Below, piece by piece: positions 1 through 11,154 of a DNA stretch of 34,945 nucleotides (position 1 is the first letter of the stretch; every line of letters starts with the position of its first letter). The notes under the pieces are model-generated. The model saw only the letters and a list, made by a program, of their open reading frames with translations, had not been told where the DNA came from and made no database searches. Both the position numbers and the translations under genes were made by a program. The DNA is taken from contig FLMG01003226.1 of NCBI GenBank assembly GCA_900088475.1, forward strand, positions 1 through 34,945. Reading direction: 5' to 3'. Origin of the DNA: Hyphochytrium catenoides. Lineage: Eukaryota; Protista; Hyphochytriomycota.

Positions 1-275
1 GTATGGCGTTCTGTGCTCTCGGATACCTTCGCCTGTAGCGTTGCGATGGCCTCATCTTCACTCTTCTCACCAGCGAGTTGCTTGACAAAGTTAAATTGAG
101 TCTCCCAGGCCTGCCGTGATTGAGGAAGGGTTAGTCGACACAGCTGCCGTTATCACATGGTGCGAGTTCATACCTTGTCGAGTTCATCGGGCGCCTCCAA
201 GGGATGTCTTTTCATCAGCCGCGATGCCGCAGCGCTGGAAGGAGTTACGGAGGCGCTACTTGTCAAAGTCGGCAT
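1..275 (-). CDS. INTS3: 5' part of an Integrator complex subunit 3 (INTS3/SOSS-A)-like gene; runs off the left edge
   Basis: ATG at 275 in a GCCATG context, exon 275-174, 63-bp intron 173-111 (GTATGA...GACTAAC...CAG), exon 110-1. Translation MPTLTSSASVTPSSAAASRLMKRHPLEAPDELDK|AWETQFNFVKQLAGEKSEDEAIATLQAKVSESTERH resembles the remembered INTS3 N-terminus (RLLLSTSLDAKDELEERLERCMSIVTSMTAGVSEREANDALNAYV...H). Only about 70 aa are visible. Confidence 0.55.
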
Positions 276-1051
276 GGCTGTGGCGTCAACCCAGTAACCC
301 TTTAGTGGACCCCACTCCACCGCTCTCACACGTTCAAGCGCACTAGCGCGAAAAAGCCAAACATGGATGAAGGCAAGCTACTTTAAGCCAGGCCAACGCA
401 AGGAACACCCATCCTCCGCAAGAAGAGGTGTCGAGTATCGTTGCACTGACGAAGATTGCCAGCTTCACTCATTGCTGTTGGACGTCTGAGGCCGACTTCA
501 ACCAGAGATGAAGCTTCAAAACGCATTAGTCTTCGCATCTTCATATGATAAAGATTTCCACTTCATCCTCGAAACTAACGCTCCAAGCCCCAGATTGTCT
601 AAAATAAAAAAATAACTGCCAACCACTCAACTATGCGTTACCCCAGAGCATGTCCGAATTAATCGGTAACTTTTCTTCACCCGAAAATGAAGAATCCTGC
701 TCAAGAATTTCTTATTCTGAAAGGTAGTTGTGGTTTTATAAGTCGTTTTCTATATGGCACTAAAGGCGCCTCATTATAGATATATGCCTCATGCCAACAG
801 CTATCCTCCTTTTGACGCTTTATGCGGAAGACGCAGCAAAGAAGAATTGGTTCTGATTCTCTTGGTGCTGGAGTTATTGAGCTCCGACAGCATCCTCTCA
901 GAATGCCCATCATCGAAAGCTTCAACCTGTCATCGTCACCTTGCCTAGCCCGCTGGATGATCGCATCTCCCTCCGGTCTATCCGGGACACCTCAAATTCA
1001 TCCAGTAGAACATTGCCTGGTACAGCTAGTTCCGTCACTCCGGTGGGGGAA

Positions 1052-2602
1052 ATGAAGCGCGAGGGTGAGGTAGCAGAGGAGGAGGAACCCAGTAAAAGAG
1101 TCAAGGCGGACGCCTCTCGCAGTCCGACGGATGGGACAGCTGATGGGATAGTGACTGCTGACGACCGAGGCAAAAGTAAGCCGATCCATCCGGGTTCATT
1201 TGCGTCAAGAAGCAGGCAAGATACACAAGACAGTAGTACTCCTAAGGAAGATAGAAGCCGGGAAGAGGGCAAAGCTGCGAAGAAGAAATACGCACTGCTG
1301 CTGGCCTATTGTGGCACTGGCTACCAAGGGCTGCAGATGTAAGCTCTGAACGAGAAGACTGTCTCGAGATATATCAGACCTGACCACACTTCATATCACA
1401 GCAATCCGGGCGCGCATACCATTGAGGCGGAGCTGGAAAGGGCTTTATTCAAAGCGGGAGCAATATCAGGTTCAAACTTTGGCTCCTTATCAAAGGTTAA
1501 ACGAACGGCCTTGCTTGCAACATTCACCTGCCCATATAAAACGTTACTCTGCTTTCCTCCTAGATTGGCTGGTCGAGAGCCGGAAGAACAGATAAGGGAG
1601 TCCACGCCGTCGGACAGATCATTGGTGCCAAACTGAAGATTAACAACGAAGAAGAGTTTCCAGAGGTGGTAAACTCCTTTCTTCCTGAGAAGGTTAAGGT
1701 TTTAGATTGTATCAAGGTTACCAGAGGGTTCAACGCCAAAAATAACTGCAACCGGCGGCAATATGTGTACATAGCACCATCCTTTCTCTTTGCAGACAAG
1801 ACCACCGAGCTTCGGCTCCCTTTATCAAAAGAGCAGCTTGAACAGAAGCTCTCCGACCACGTCAGTGAAGGTCTGATAAAACACCCAAAACTCCTCTTCA
1901 TATCTGTCTTAACTGACTCCTTTCTTTTCTCCAGGTGATCTTGATGTGCTCTTGCGCTACAAAGATTCGGCTGAAGATTTAGACATATCCTATCGTATGA
2001 GCTCCGACACCCTAGCAACGCTCAGATTGACACTGAAGGCCTTTGAAGGCACTCACAACTTCCATAACTTCACATCGAGGCTGCAACCACGAGACCCAAA
2101 ATGCAACCGCTATATATTGAGCTTCACAGCAGAAGAGCCCTTCGTAGCCATGGGGCTGGAATGGGTGAAGCTGAAAGTGCTTGGGCAAAGCTTTCTCTTC
2201 AATCATATACGAAAGATGGTTGCCGTCGCAGCGGAGGTCGTGCGAGGTTCTCTGCAGAAGAGCGACATTGAGCGGTTCTTCCGACCCGAAAACAAAGTGA
2301 GTCTACCCATAGCACCAGGAGAGGGATTGTACCTGGACAAGCTTATGTTCGACTGGTATGACAAAAAGTTCGGCGGTACTCATGCTAAGCTCGACTTTAG
2401 CAGCGGGCCGGTAGTGGATAGGATAAACAGGTTCAGAGAGGATATCATACATCGCCACATTTTTGAGGAAGAAATACGTAATCAAGCATTCGCGCAGTGG
2501 TTGAACCAGCTGGACAGGCTTTCTCTCTTCACTTATCAAAATGAGGTCTGTCCAACTGATGTGAAGAACGAAGAAACTGTGGATGGAAACGAATCGAGCT
2601 AA
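1052..2602 (+). CDS. PUS1: tRNA pseudouridine synthase, TruA family (PUS1-like), 4 exons
   Basis: Exons about 1052-1338, 1402-1495, 1564-1870 and 1935-2602, joined by GT-AG introns. Motifs: YALLLAYCGTGYQGLQ, catalytic GRTDKGVHA, FNAKNNCNRRQYVY, FEGTHNFHNFT, GQSFLFNHIRKMV, APGEGLYL. The frame is open from about 941, so the start is uncertain and an upstream exon is possible. Confidence 0.93.
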
Positions 2603-3265
2603 CGCTTGGAAGCTATCACACGGGGTTGCCAAGAGATAGATTAGCCAGAGAAGCAACTCTTACAATCGCAAGCTAGTCTATAAAATACTCTTGTCAGCTG
2701 TTGTTCTTTGCGCCCAGATGGCACCATTATTCTTTAGAAGCATCACTCTCCTTGGCTTCGCATAATGATGAGGGTTAGACCCTGAAAGCGGCCAAGTGAT
2801 GAGAAGAAAGACAGATGGCGAGTGACGAGCGCTACCTATAAGACTAATCAATAAGGCAACGGACCATCAAGAGTTGCCATCAAAGCTTGTAAGTTTGATT
2901 ACTTCATTACCCTTTTCTCCGCTGCGTATAGCATAAATAGAGCATACATAGGCCAAGTAGCTTCTCTGCTCGTCCTCCGCTCTCATCCAAAGAACCTACC
3001 ACGATCTAGCAATAATAAGATAGAAAAATATATAACCCGTCTTGTCCGTCTGCTACCTATCCTTCTCGCCTCCTTTTCCGCTAGCGTACGTCGGATCCCG
3101 ACACCACGACTAGGAGCCACACAGGTCAGAATCTTCTTTGCACTCCTAATCCGGATCTGTCAAATAAATACCCTTGTAATAGATAAGATCAAAATACAGA
3201 CAGTAGGACGGAGCGAATCCTCGGGATGACGGACCCATTGACAGCACCACAGGCGCGAAGAAGCT

Positions 3266-4762
3266 CTAAAGGGAGAGAGACGGGTAGCCCTTTATATCCT
3301 CTACCTCCGAACGAGGTACAAAGAGGGAGCTCTGCCCTCCCGCCGGCATCGAGCCTCGGCCTCGGCCGATGGGTACAGGATTCGCCGCCTTTGTCGCTCT
3401 CTCTCCAACCACCTCTGGGTAGGAAAGAACTGGATCAGAGTTCGCGTTAAGGGCATCCATACGTCCACTGATCAACGCAGATTTATCTTCTGCTAGTCCA
3501 GAGCCTGATTCCATAAACTCAGTATTGGTCGCCTCACTCTCAGGAGGTGCGTTTGATACATCTCCCTTTTCCGACTCCCCGTCCGGCCTAAGAGACATAG
3601 AAGAAAAGACGTTGATTGTCTCCTCTAAGTTGGGCTCCGCCCTGCTGGGCCCCGCGGGGGCTCCCTCCAATTGCTGAGGCGGTTGGCCGGGCTGGCCGAC
3701 GCCATAAAAGACATACTGATTGTACGGCGCGGCTACCGCCGCCCCATCATGGATTGCTGACGCTGGGAAGCCACTAATCCCATTGATAGGTAGGCCAATG
3801 CCAATGCTTGGAACCATATATGCCTGCACGGGTACTGCACTTTCGTCCATGTTCCAATTACGCATCTGAACCATATTTGTCCCAGATTCAAACATGAGGC
3901 CATTCCAGCGGTCACCCCTCATAACCACACCATACTCTGGTGACACAACCCCCCTGAAAGGTGCAGTCTGAAGTTGCTCATTGAAGGCCACAGCTGCTGA
4001 TCCCGGCTCAGCGATCTCTCCGTACACTGGTACAGTTCTACTCCCCTGACTAACTGGAGGATGGGAAGGGGCCCGTTGCCTGCCATTGACCACCGGTGGT
4101 GGTTCATTCTCTGGTTGGACCGTTAAATTCGTCCTTGCAATGTTGGGCATGGACCAGTCCACAGATGTCACGTCAACCGCATTGGGTTTGACTCCAAGAG
4201 CGGCCACTCCTACAGCCATAGGCGGCACAGATCCATACTGCGGAATGAACACCGTTGGTTGGCCAAGGGCTGAAGCGAATGGCATCGGACCTCGGGCTGT
4301 GAGGCTGCGCTCATCTGGTCCAGCTCCGTTTTCAAGAAGGGCTCCATTCAATGGATGATGCTGGTCCCCACCGCCATGTACGCTCCCTTTAGCTGTCTCC
4401 AAATACGATATCTTGCTCTTTCGGTTAAGCCCGCTAATCTCCTCCGCAACTCTTGCCTGACTATTTTTTGGTGGTTCTTCATGCAAGAAGCGGCATCTTG
4501 ACCCATAAGGGCAAGTGCCGGTAATCGAGAAGTTCTTGCACCTCACCGTTTTATACTTAGGGTGCCGAAGAATGCCACGCAACTCTTGCTCTCCATGGGC
4601 GAACTGGCACTTGTTCCCATATCGGCAGTTCCCAGTTTCCATGAAGCGCTTACAAAGCTCAGTCTTGTACAACGAACTTTTAGCCACCTTAGGCAGCTGA
4701 CCGCATTGGGCAATATCCCCTGAGGGAAGAAGTTGGATCCCTATGTCCAGATCCTCAGTCAT
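3266..4762 (-). CDS. Tandem CCCH zinc-finger RNA-binding protein, tristetraprolin/ZFP36/TIS11-like; CDS intronless
   Basis: 498-aa ORF with LYKTEL-C-x8-C-x5-C-x3-H, an 18-aa linker and KYKTVR-C-x8-C-x5-C-x3-H, followed by a long low-complexity Pro/Gly/Ala/Ser region. Confidence 0.93.
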   Translation of the reverse strand: MTEDLDIGIQLLPSGDIAQCGQLPKVAKSSLYKTELCKRFMETGNCRYGNKCQFAHGEQELRGILRHPKYKTVRCKNFSITGTCPYGSRCRFLHEEPPKNSQARVAEEISGLNRKSKISYLETAKGSVHGGGDQHHPLNGALLENGAGPDERSLTARGPMPFASALGQPTVFIPQYGSVPPMAVGVAALGVKPNAVDVTSVDWSMPNIARTNLTVQPENEPPPVVNGRQRAPSHPPVSQGSRTVPVYGEIAEPGSAAVAFNEQLQTAPFRGVVSPEYGVVMRGDRWNGLMFESGTNMVQMRNWNMDESAVPVQAYMVPSIGIGLPINGISGFPASAIHDGAAVAAPYNQYVFYGVGQPGQPPQQLEGAPAGPSRAEPNLEETINVFSSMSLRPDGESEKGDVSNAPPESEATNTEFMESGSGLAEDKSALISGRMDALNANSDPVLSYPEVVGERATKAANPVPIGRGRGSMPAGGQSSLFVPRSEVEDIKGYPSLSL

Positions 4763-6356
4763 GGCTCCTCACAACTGATCTGCCTAATTGTGTTTGACAG
4801 GTTCCTGTGAAGGACCGTCTCTGCTCGAGCGTAGGCTAAATCCAAACAGCAGGAGATTCAATGGCAGCAGCACCGACTTGACCTAAACTATCAGAGTTTC
4901 TGCCTAGCGTAAATGCCAGCCCAACGGCAGACATTCACTTCTAAAGTGAAGGTATATGCAGAATCTGAGACTGTTTAGCAATCGGCGGCGTGAAATCCCA
5001 GATGACAGCATGGAAATTCCGTCAAGCTGTGGCTACAGTAACTGTACTACTGAGAAGACTTACAGACAGAGAAATGCTTGCCGACCGACCGCCTGCCGCC
5101 TGTGATTGATTGAGGCGCTGGTGCTTCGAATAAGCTGTGGAGGGTAAACTGATTATCGTTGTAGAGAAGCGTTCAGGGCCTTCCATATTACCACTACAAA
5201 CAGTCCTGATATTACCTCTCTTGAAGAACCATCTCCATGAATGGTGTAGAGCATACTACTATTCTCCTCTTGCATACTTCATTGCTATTATTCAGTATCC
5301 CTCATTCAACTGTGCTCAATATTCGGAACGTCAAACTTTATAGCTTTATAGCTCTACAGTAAAGTACTCTGACAGATCCAATTCTCGTACGATGTTGTAG
5401 GGCCGATTTAGCTAGATCCTACATTAGATTCTACAACAGGTTTGTTGTTGATGTCGCTCTTCCTGTGTCTCTGTAGTAGAACTACAACAAAAAAGCTGGT
5501 CAAACTTCTTCACTCTTTCTTCACTGTGACATCGTGCGGCTCTTCTTGAGGCGTCCCGTCCTCCTCTTGGTCATTGGTCTCGGTTGGCAAAGGTTCTGAC
5601 TCTCCATACCAAAATCTCTTTCGCCATCCATGAAGAGAAAGAATGCGATTCGGATTCTGAAGCGTATTTCGGTTCAGCAATTGAAGTACGCCCTAATGCA
5701 TGATGGAGCGCAATGATAATGATGGTCTCCTCGGCGCCACGATGCCTTCTTCTTCTTCTCCTCCGCCGTCTTCCTACCATTACCGCCGAAGAGTTCAAAT
5801 ATGATTCTTCTTCCTTTTCCGACATTGATGATGACGCTGGTGGAGGAGAACCCGTTGTAGAGTCCATGGATTTGTATCTCTCGTCTCCCTCTTCTTTTCT
5901 TTTCTCTTCTTCTTCTTCTCCTCCTCCTCCTCCCTTCGTCGTCTCCTTCTTCTCCTCCTCCTTCTTTTCTTCTTCTTCTTCTTTTACTTCTTTTTAGTTC
6001 CTTATTAGTATTACCTATCATCATAAAGAATACGAAAAAGCAACATTAAACAAAAAAAACTAACATGTTTGAAGAAGGCATAATAAGGTTACTGTCGTAG
6101 ATACTGCCGCCTGCTGATGACAACAATCTATTAGGTGGTGATAAGGAGAGCTCTATCATCACAGCGAGCTTCTTCCGATGCTGTAATGAAGAGCACTTTG
6201 TTGACGTTGATAAGCAGCGAAAGAAGGAGGGCCTAGAAAGAGTTAAAGGTTCTCTTCACTTTTGTGGTAGCGTTGGTGCTGTGATTCTTTACTATAACAA
6301 CATCTCTTTTACGTGCCTCCTCTCTCTGTTGTGAGTTTTCTACTACTTCTTGTGAT

Positions 6357-6524
6357 GATGTCATCCTTGTTGTGATGCAGTGGCGATGTCATCCTTGTTG
6401 TGGTGGCAGTTGTGATGTCATCCTTGTTGTGGTGGCAGTGGTGATGTCATCCTTGTTGGGGGGTGGCAGTGGTGGCCCAGCAGCAGCAGTGGCAGTGGTG
6501 GCCCAGCAGCAGCAGTGGCAGCAG
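6357..6524. repeat. Compound minisatellite: about 4 copies of a 28-29-bp unit, then 2 copies of a 26-bp unit
   Basis: GATGTCATCCTTGTTGTGGTGGCAGTGGT-like units start at 6357, 6385, 6414 and 6443; GGCAGTGGTGGCCCAGCAGCAGCAGT occurs twice directly afterwards. Confidence 0.9.
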
Positions 6525-7124
6525 AGTCATGATGATCTCAACTGAGAGACTTGTTCTGTCACTTGTCATTATTATGACGAGAAAGGTGGTGTGCTTGTTG
6601 GTGTCATAATGGAAGAAACTTTGTTTAGCATCATGGAAAGAGATTCTGTAAGGCCATTTGTTGCAATAAAAGAAATATTGATGACCTTCTTCGAGTGAGC
6701 GCACTGCCTGTTTGTTGTGCCAACGCACCGAAGCAACACTTACTAGTAGGGTTGAGGAGAAAGCTTGGCTCTTAATGCGCTATATTAAGAAGGGCTATGC
6801 AGCAGTAAAACTGCAGCGCGATAGGAGGGAGATGTGAAAAAAGATCGCACTCTCTAATAATGGTTGTTTGTTGGTAATAACCTCCTTAACTATTAGATCT
6901 CTTATAGTCAAGGAATGACAAGAGTATGATCGTTGAGTGGCAGGAGAAACGAATAATGAATAGTCAAGTATGTTATTACGAGAGGCTCTAAATCACTTCG
7001 GACGTCTTCACTTCCCTCAGGGACGATACAAGGTGCTGCACATAATGCTGAGAATAAGGGAGAAGAAGACGATGAGCGAGGATTAATATACGAGCCAGGC
7101 GGAGGACAACAAGATGAAGGAGGA

Positions 7125-7268
7125 TTTCCCTACTACTATTATTGCCGCCGATCGCTAGACGACGAGCAATTTACCTTCAACTAGTACTGATGAAGTTTCC
7201 TATTACTATTATTGCCGCCGATCGTCGCTAGACGACGAGCAATTTACCTTCAACTAGTACTGATGAAG
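7125..7268. repeat. Two-copy direct tandem repeat, about 71-73 bp unit
   Basis: ACTATTATTGCCGCCGATCG(TCG)CTAGACGACGAGCAATTTACCTTCAACTAGTACTGATGAAG is present in 7125-7195 and 7196-7268. Confidence 0.92.
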
Positions 7269-8576
7269 AAGGTATCCCCTCGTTGACGGATCGATATAAA
7301 GCAAGCCCTTGTTTAGGTTACAGCTGATGATGAGGACAGGGGAAATAAGGAGTGAGCTGGTGGTGACATCGTAGACCACGAGCTCGAAAAGCAACATTTC
7401 GGCCAACAATAATCAATAAATGAAGGTTTTCTTTACGGGGAAATGCGGCCTTTTACCAGAGTAGTGGAAGCCGAGAATTATTTCTATTTGACTTTAGGGC
7501 CGCCTACATTCGACCCTATTACCCAAGGGTTTTCCCCCTTTCCACCAGTTGTGTTCACCTTTGCGAGGATGTGGTAGCCGAGGGGTCCAAAGCGAGGAGG
7601 CTGTGAAATGGGCACCCCTGCGTTTTGCAAAAGTGGCCAAACAGGTTGGAGAGTTGCCTAGTCTCCAAAAATTCTAATCATATTTTATAGAATACCGAAA
7701 AAACAGCTATAGAACTACTTGTGCATCACTGTATCTCGAAGGTAAGCACCAATCCTTTATTAGTTTTTTTCTTTTCAAACGTAATATAAATACGATTAAA
7801 TACATGTTCTCCACCAACATCCTCAAGAAAAGTCTGATACCTACTCCATTCACTGAGTGTGATAGCCGAGGACGAACATCATCAGGTCTGAAAACCACAT
7901 AGGAACTCTACAATCTTCTCTCTCTCTTTTCGGTGAGCACAAGTGAGGTGTTTCAGTACTGGCCTAGCCCTCTATCTTATTTATTTTTACCCTCTTCTCT
8001 TGTGTGCTTTATTATTTTTAGACAACAATACAAATCTTTCAACGCGCCTGTCTCCTTTCTTCACTCTTTTCGTCCTCTCTGTCTCGTCCTTTCTCTAATC
8101 AAACACACCTCTCCAGGAGCAAACAGCTCTGACGTTCCCCATCTCTTTTATTACTTTCCTTTCTTTCCGTGCCCTCGGCCTTATAGTTCTCTTCTTTTCC
8201 CCCCTTGTCTGCCATACAAACTCTAATAAGAGGCCTTGACTCTCACATGCGTCACCTTCCTTGCCATCAGTGCAGTGCCTGCCATCAGACGTTATCTGAC
8301 TATCTTCCATGATCTCATCAATCGCCTGTTTAAAGGTAGATGAGGAAGATGAGGAGGACTGGAGGAAGAAAGACGGAGAAGGAGCCGTCTTTCCATGACC
8401 TTCGGTACAGACGCACTCGGCTCTACTCTCTGGTGCCCTAGGCCTAGGAACTACTAACCTGCCATCGAACCTCTTCTTGACACTTGTGCTTTTCATTGCC
8501 GCTGAGCAGAGTACGTACCCTCCTGCAGATACTGCAATCTTATAAGGCCCAAGGCCACCACCCTGTAGTAGGTACC

Positions 8577-9983
8577 ATGGTAGGCGGGCAGGTCTTCAAG
8601 AGAGCCAAGTGCGAGCAAGATGGTGAGATTGAATGCCTGCCGCCTTCGACTTTCCCGGTCCTAGTAACAGGAGGTAAGCGCTGCTTCTTAGTTCCGTACA
8701 AGGATGCTCAATCCTGATTGCTAACCCCTCATCTCATCGTAGTGGCCGGCTTTATAGGAAGCTACACCGCTGAGTACCTTCTCAAAAGGGGTGATACGGT
8801 CATTGGAGTGGACGAAATCAACGATTACTACGACGTGCAGATCAAGGAAACGAACTTGAGGAGATTGGAGGAGCTTGGGGGAGAAAAGTTTATTTTCTAC
8901 CGTGGCGACCTCTGTGATAGAGCTCTCGTTAGACGGCTCTTTGAGCAACACTCTCCCAAGAGAATAGTCCATCTCGCCGCACGAGCTGGAGTTCGTCCAA
9001 GCATCTCGGACCCGCTTCTATATGTCCATTCAAATGTTGAAGCTACCACACTACTCTTCGAGGAGTCTCGCAAGGCAGGGTGTGAGCATTTCGTCTATGC
9101 TTCGAGTAGCAGTGTCTATGGCAGCAGGCCGGACGGTATATTTAGAGAAGATGACTGCGTGGACTTCCCAGTCTCACCATACGCAGCTACAAAGAAATCT
9201 ACTGAGCTCATGGCCTACACCTTTTACCATCTTTACAAGATACCCATGACTGGCTTACGCTTCTTCACCGTTTATGGTCCGCGAGGTCGGCCGGACATGG
9301 CACCATATATGTTCGTGGACCGAGTGTTCAAGGGAGAGGAGCTTAAGCAGTTCGGTGACGGATCGTCTGCAAGGGATTATACATACATTGATGACATTGT
9401 GGATGGCGTCATCAGAGCGCTGGATCGCCCACATGTAAGTCTAAAGTGAATGGGGAAGAACCCTTATTATAGAAGAAAGTTGGACAATGTGAGATGTCAT
9501 TGGAGATTAACATTCTGGCCAAGTCGAGCCAAGTATGAACTGACACCTACGCTTTTGCTTCTGTAGGGATATCAAATATATAATCTCGGCAACGGCAATC
9601 CAGTCAGACTGAGCCATTTCATACAGACGGTAGAGAAGCTTCTAGGAAAGAAGGCAAACATTAGGGTCCTTCCTGACCAACCCGGAGATGTTCCAAGAAC
9701 GGCTGCAGACATCTCAAAGGCTAGAAGAATGCTAGGATACAATCCTTCTGTTCCGTTCGAGGAGGGCTTAAAACGTTCGGTGGAATACTACGTCTGCACA
9801 CAATCCGTATCTTGCAGCCTGCCTACCACCTTCAGACTGGCTGAGCCTGTGTCTTCTCCAGGAGCCACAGAAGCAACGGAGACAAGCTCGTCCTGCAGCA
9901 GCAGCCCCATGAACTATTCAGATGCTGAAGAGCAAATGAATTCGGAGCCACGCTCTGTGGAGTATATCGGCACGGAGTGCTGA
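8577..9983 (+). CDS. UDP-glucuronate 4-epimerase (extended SDR family), at least 3 exons
   Basis: Exons 8577-8673, 8743-9434 and 9567-9983. Motifs: Rossmann VLVTGVAGFIGS, HLAARAGVRPS, YASSSSVYG, catalytic YAATK, LRFFTVYGPRGRPDMA, RDYTYIDDIVDG, QPGDV. A possible upstream exon 8309-8335 can splice in frame to 8529. Confidence 0.92.
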
Positions 9984-11154
9984 ACAGCTGGTCATGGTTA
10001 TTTGGCGGCAATGCAAAAGTTCATTCCTCTGTCTTTTAGACTATAGCGGCGGCGAGCTGGGCATTCACCTCGTGTGGGTAAAAACTATTTATAAAATTGA
10101 ATGCATTTCATGCTATAAGTGTATTGGGATGCGATGGATGCTTCATTCACTGCAGCTGCCTGTCCAAGACGTCCTAGGCCATACCCCCTCCTCTAGTCCT
10201 TGCTACCTCCTTCAGTTCCCGAAGTATCGTACAAAGCTGGAGCTTGAGAATGAGAGAACCTTAAAGGAGTTACCTGGTTTTATGCCCTGCAGGTTTGGAG
10301 GTTTGGCGGCCTGTGAGGCGAGCTGTGAAGCCGGGACAATTATAAAGCCGGAGCTTGATATCAAAAGGACCAGGACCAGGATACTTGGGCTTTTCGAGGT
10401 ACCATGCCAGGCATGAGAAGATCGTCGCGCCTGTAGGAGAGCTATAGAGCATGCAGTTCTGAGATAAAAAAGCTTGCTGCGGGCATCGCTACGGCGGCGG
10501 ATGACGGCAAGGAAACGAGGATGTTGTGTGAGAATCACTCGCGGGCTGGATCAGCCTCAAATGCCGTTTCTTATTGTCCAGGGCCTTTAAACGTTGCTTG
10601 GTCATTATAAATGGCTTCTACCCATAGGAAACTTAAAGACCTCAAACTCCCACATCTCTTCCACACTCTGGCTCGTATAAATCAATATACTGATACCTTC
10701 CATATTCCCCTTTCTCCCCTACTCTCTCTCGTTGTTCGACTCTCTTCTACATCCCATTTGTGTTGTCTTTGCAGAACTGGAGTCAGCGCCATGAGGAACT
10801 GCCCCAAAGACCTCAACTTCATCTTCATCTCAGACTCACTAGAAAGACAAAAAAGTCAAGAGACATCGAGCCCTTGTGAAGCGCAGTAGTCCCTCAGGAC
10901 ATAGGCACTCATCTGCATAACCTGCTGTGAGTCTATCATGTTGCCAGGCGGCTGGGAGTATGGTGGTGTTTAGGGCCAATACGATACACTTTGAGCGGCA
11001 ACGCGCGAATTGAGTTAGCTGGATTGAAGAATTGTGATCACCCTAGCGTCATGCGGAGCTGCTGGGAAAGCGCGTGCTGAGGCATGCAGACCTACAGTAC
11101 AGCTAGACTGACTTTCCTTAGTTGAAATAGAGATTATACCAGAGTCGGGGGAAC

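Noticed and set aside
5571-6024. Arg/Glu-rich and Ser/Phe-rich ORFs on both strands
   Set aside because: They are translations of a TTC/CTC low-complexity tract, with no motif or splice support.
6357-6524. Regularly spaced 29-bp repeats resembling a CRISPR array
   Set aside because: The units are head-to-tail without unique spacers, the context is eukaryotic, and no cas genes are present.
7125-7268. Direct repeat as possible LTR pair or target-site duplication
   Set aside because: The copies are adjacent with no internal sequence, no TG...CA ends and no transposase or reverse transcriptase ORF.
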